Assembly: GCA_043228905.1 (NCBI GenBank)
Contig: JBHGNT010001341.1
Coordinates: forward strand, 1 to 9,690
Reading direction: 5' to 3'
DNA: 9,690 bases
Source: Azolla caroliniana
Taxonomy: Eukaryota; Plantae; Polypodiophyta
A program made the position numbers and the translations under genes. Under the pieces are notes generated by a model, which was not told the origin of the DNA, ran no database searches, and worked only from the letters and a program-made list of their open reading frames with translations. Of the stretch, positions 8,545 through 9,690 are shown one piece after another (position 1 is the stretch's first letter; each line of letters opens with the position of its first letter).

Positions 8545-9358
8545 GGCTTCCCTACTAGCTGGACAGAACATAACGTTGTGCCAATCTTCAAGACTGGAGA
8601 CCCCATGATGCTGAGAAATAATAGATCAATCATTATTGGTGATTACTTCGCTGAACTATATGCTAAATCCTAGAGTCAGAATTGATTATATGGGCAGAGA
8701 GCAATGGCCACTGATCAGCTGGATAGGCAGGCTTGCAGAAGGGGTTCACAACATTGGATCAAACAGACCCTCTGAGCCCTTACCAAAGAGGGGAGAACCC
8801 ATAGTAAGAGGATTTATTCCTGTGTTGTAGATTTCCAAAAAGCCTTTGACACTATACCATGTACTTGGCTCATGCAGCAGCCAGAAGCCCTTGGAGTTCC
8901 TATAGACATGTAACGGCGAATCTATGCACTGTATGAATGTGTGTCAGAAAAGGGACGGTGATACTATTGCACTGTATGAATTGTGGCTATTTGATACTAT
9001 TGCCACATCTTTGCACCGTAGTAGAAACCTAGGGACGAAGTCTTTAGACAGGAAATAACTGCAAAGATTTCGAGGAATCATTTGTCTTGATGATTGCCCA
9101 CATGATAAGGAACAAAGTGTGAATGTCTCATGATATAATTCTGGCGGAGATGGAAGCAGCCCCAATATTCACTGAGGCATTATTCTGATTAGTGTCCGAT
9201 ATCAAGCAGCTTTGAAAGCTCTGCACAAAGGTACTCATTGTTGGCACTTAAGTCATCAAAACAACTTGTTGAACACAATGATAATCAATGTTGATATGCT
9301 GAAATGCAAGAATGCTTCGAGTCACATGACATCAAGCATAAATGCACTATCCTTCTTT
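8545..9358 (+). mobile_element. Degenerate non-L1 LINE (RTE/RTE-X-like) fragment: N-terminal half of RT joined to the post-RT C-terminal region, catalytic core deleted
   Basis: Plus-strand translation across frameshifts for 8545-~8953 (RT motifs 0-3): GFPTSWTEHNVVPIFKTGDPMMLRNNRSIIIG..AELYA / ILESELIIWAESNGH*SAG*AGLQKGFTTLDQ / TL*ALTKEGRTHSKRIYSCVVDFQKAFDTIPCTWLMQQPEALGVPIDM*RRIYALYECVSEK. From 8981: LWLFDTIAT / VET*GRSL..NNCKDFEESFVLMIAHMIRNKV*MSHDIILAEMEAAPIFTEALF*LVSDIKQL*KL / RYSLLALKSSKQLVEHNDNQC*YAEMQECFESHDI / SINAL, which is the post-RT region I recall for such elements. The QGCPLSP and YADD motifs are absent. The clade name comes from memory only. Confidence 0.9.
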
Positions 9359-9518
9359 TTTTTCATAAAGAAAAAATTTTAAAATTTTAAAACTTTTTTG
9401 AAATGTTAAATAATTGTTAAATATGTAGAATACATGAAAATTTGAAAATGGCAGTTCTAAAACGTAGAATACTTCAAAGTATTCTAAAATGTAGAATACG
9501 CGTTTTGTAACAACTATG
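9359..9518. mobile_element. Probable terminal fragment of another non-autonomous TIR element
   Basis: AT-rich body, then subterminal motif GTAGAATAC three times (9425, 9464, 9491) plus one inverted copy. It ends CGCGTTTTGTAACAACTATG (reverse complement CATAGTTGTTACAAAACGCG), which resembles a CA-initiated hAT-like terminus. The partner TIR and TSD were not found. Confidence 0.4.
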
Positions 9519-9690
9519 TCAACAGATAAAGGTCATTATCTCTACCATCACATATTCTTCCCTTGCTTCTGGTACCTCTCCATTTTGGATTGACCTATTC
9601 TGGAGATCTTTCAAAGACAAAAAAATCAAAATATATCTGACTTGAGAACCTTACATGTATAGATGACGAGATTGTTTAGTCACCTCTTAT

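Larger units (their letters stand above)
6653..9690 (+). other. Long first intron (>3 kb, 3' end outside the window) of the CRAL-TRIO gene
   Basis: GT donor at 6653 followed by a U-rich tract. No downstream segment encoding the expected continuation of the domain (..LKKY...F.IVY.H..V...N.PG) was seen in any frame. The region is filled with TE remnants. Confidence 0.7.

Noticed and set aside
8636-9165. ORFs 8636-8830(+) and 8944-9165(-) as genes
   Set aside because: They are off-frame or antisense readings of the decayed LINE RT region.
1-9690. A novel RT-associated system (retron/DGR-like: RT plus repeats plus accessory gene)
   Set aside because: Both RTs are non-LTR retrotransposon pseudogenes riddled with stops and frameshifts and lacking an intact YADD. 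The repeats are explained by MITEs and local duplications, and differences between the 308-bp copies are not adenine-specific.

Overview
AT-rich eukaryotic DNA, almost certainly from a land plant. The LINE families resemble those I recall from ferns, which is an inference. There is no prokaryotic gene architecture, RNA gene or CRISPR array. Positions 1-6373 are a nest of decayed transposons: (i) a 308-bp tandem duplication at 692-1318; (ii) a near full-length, heavily mutated L1-type LINE ORF2 on the minus strand (~5300 to 1384: endonuclease, RT, zf-RVT); (iii) two copies of one hAT-type MITE family inserted in that LINE (1418-1802 and 3937-4399, each with 19-bp TIRs and 8-bp TSDs); (iv) a one-ended related element with a ~106-bp internal array (5681-6373) abutting a gene. 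The gene's first coding exon (6526-6652) encodes the N-terminus of a plant CRAL-TRIO/SEC14 (GDAP2-like) protein. It is followed by an intron of more than 3 kb that runs off the window. The intron holds short tandem repeats, a possible decayed LRR-coding stretch, and a second LINE (8545-9358) whose RT core is deleted and replaced by a templated patchwork filler. I found no convincing new biological system; the best observations concern TE nesting, a possibly TE-derived promoter and a repair scar. All translations and family calls were made by eye from remembered motifs, with no searches run.
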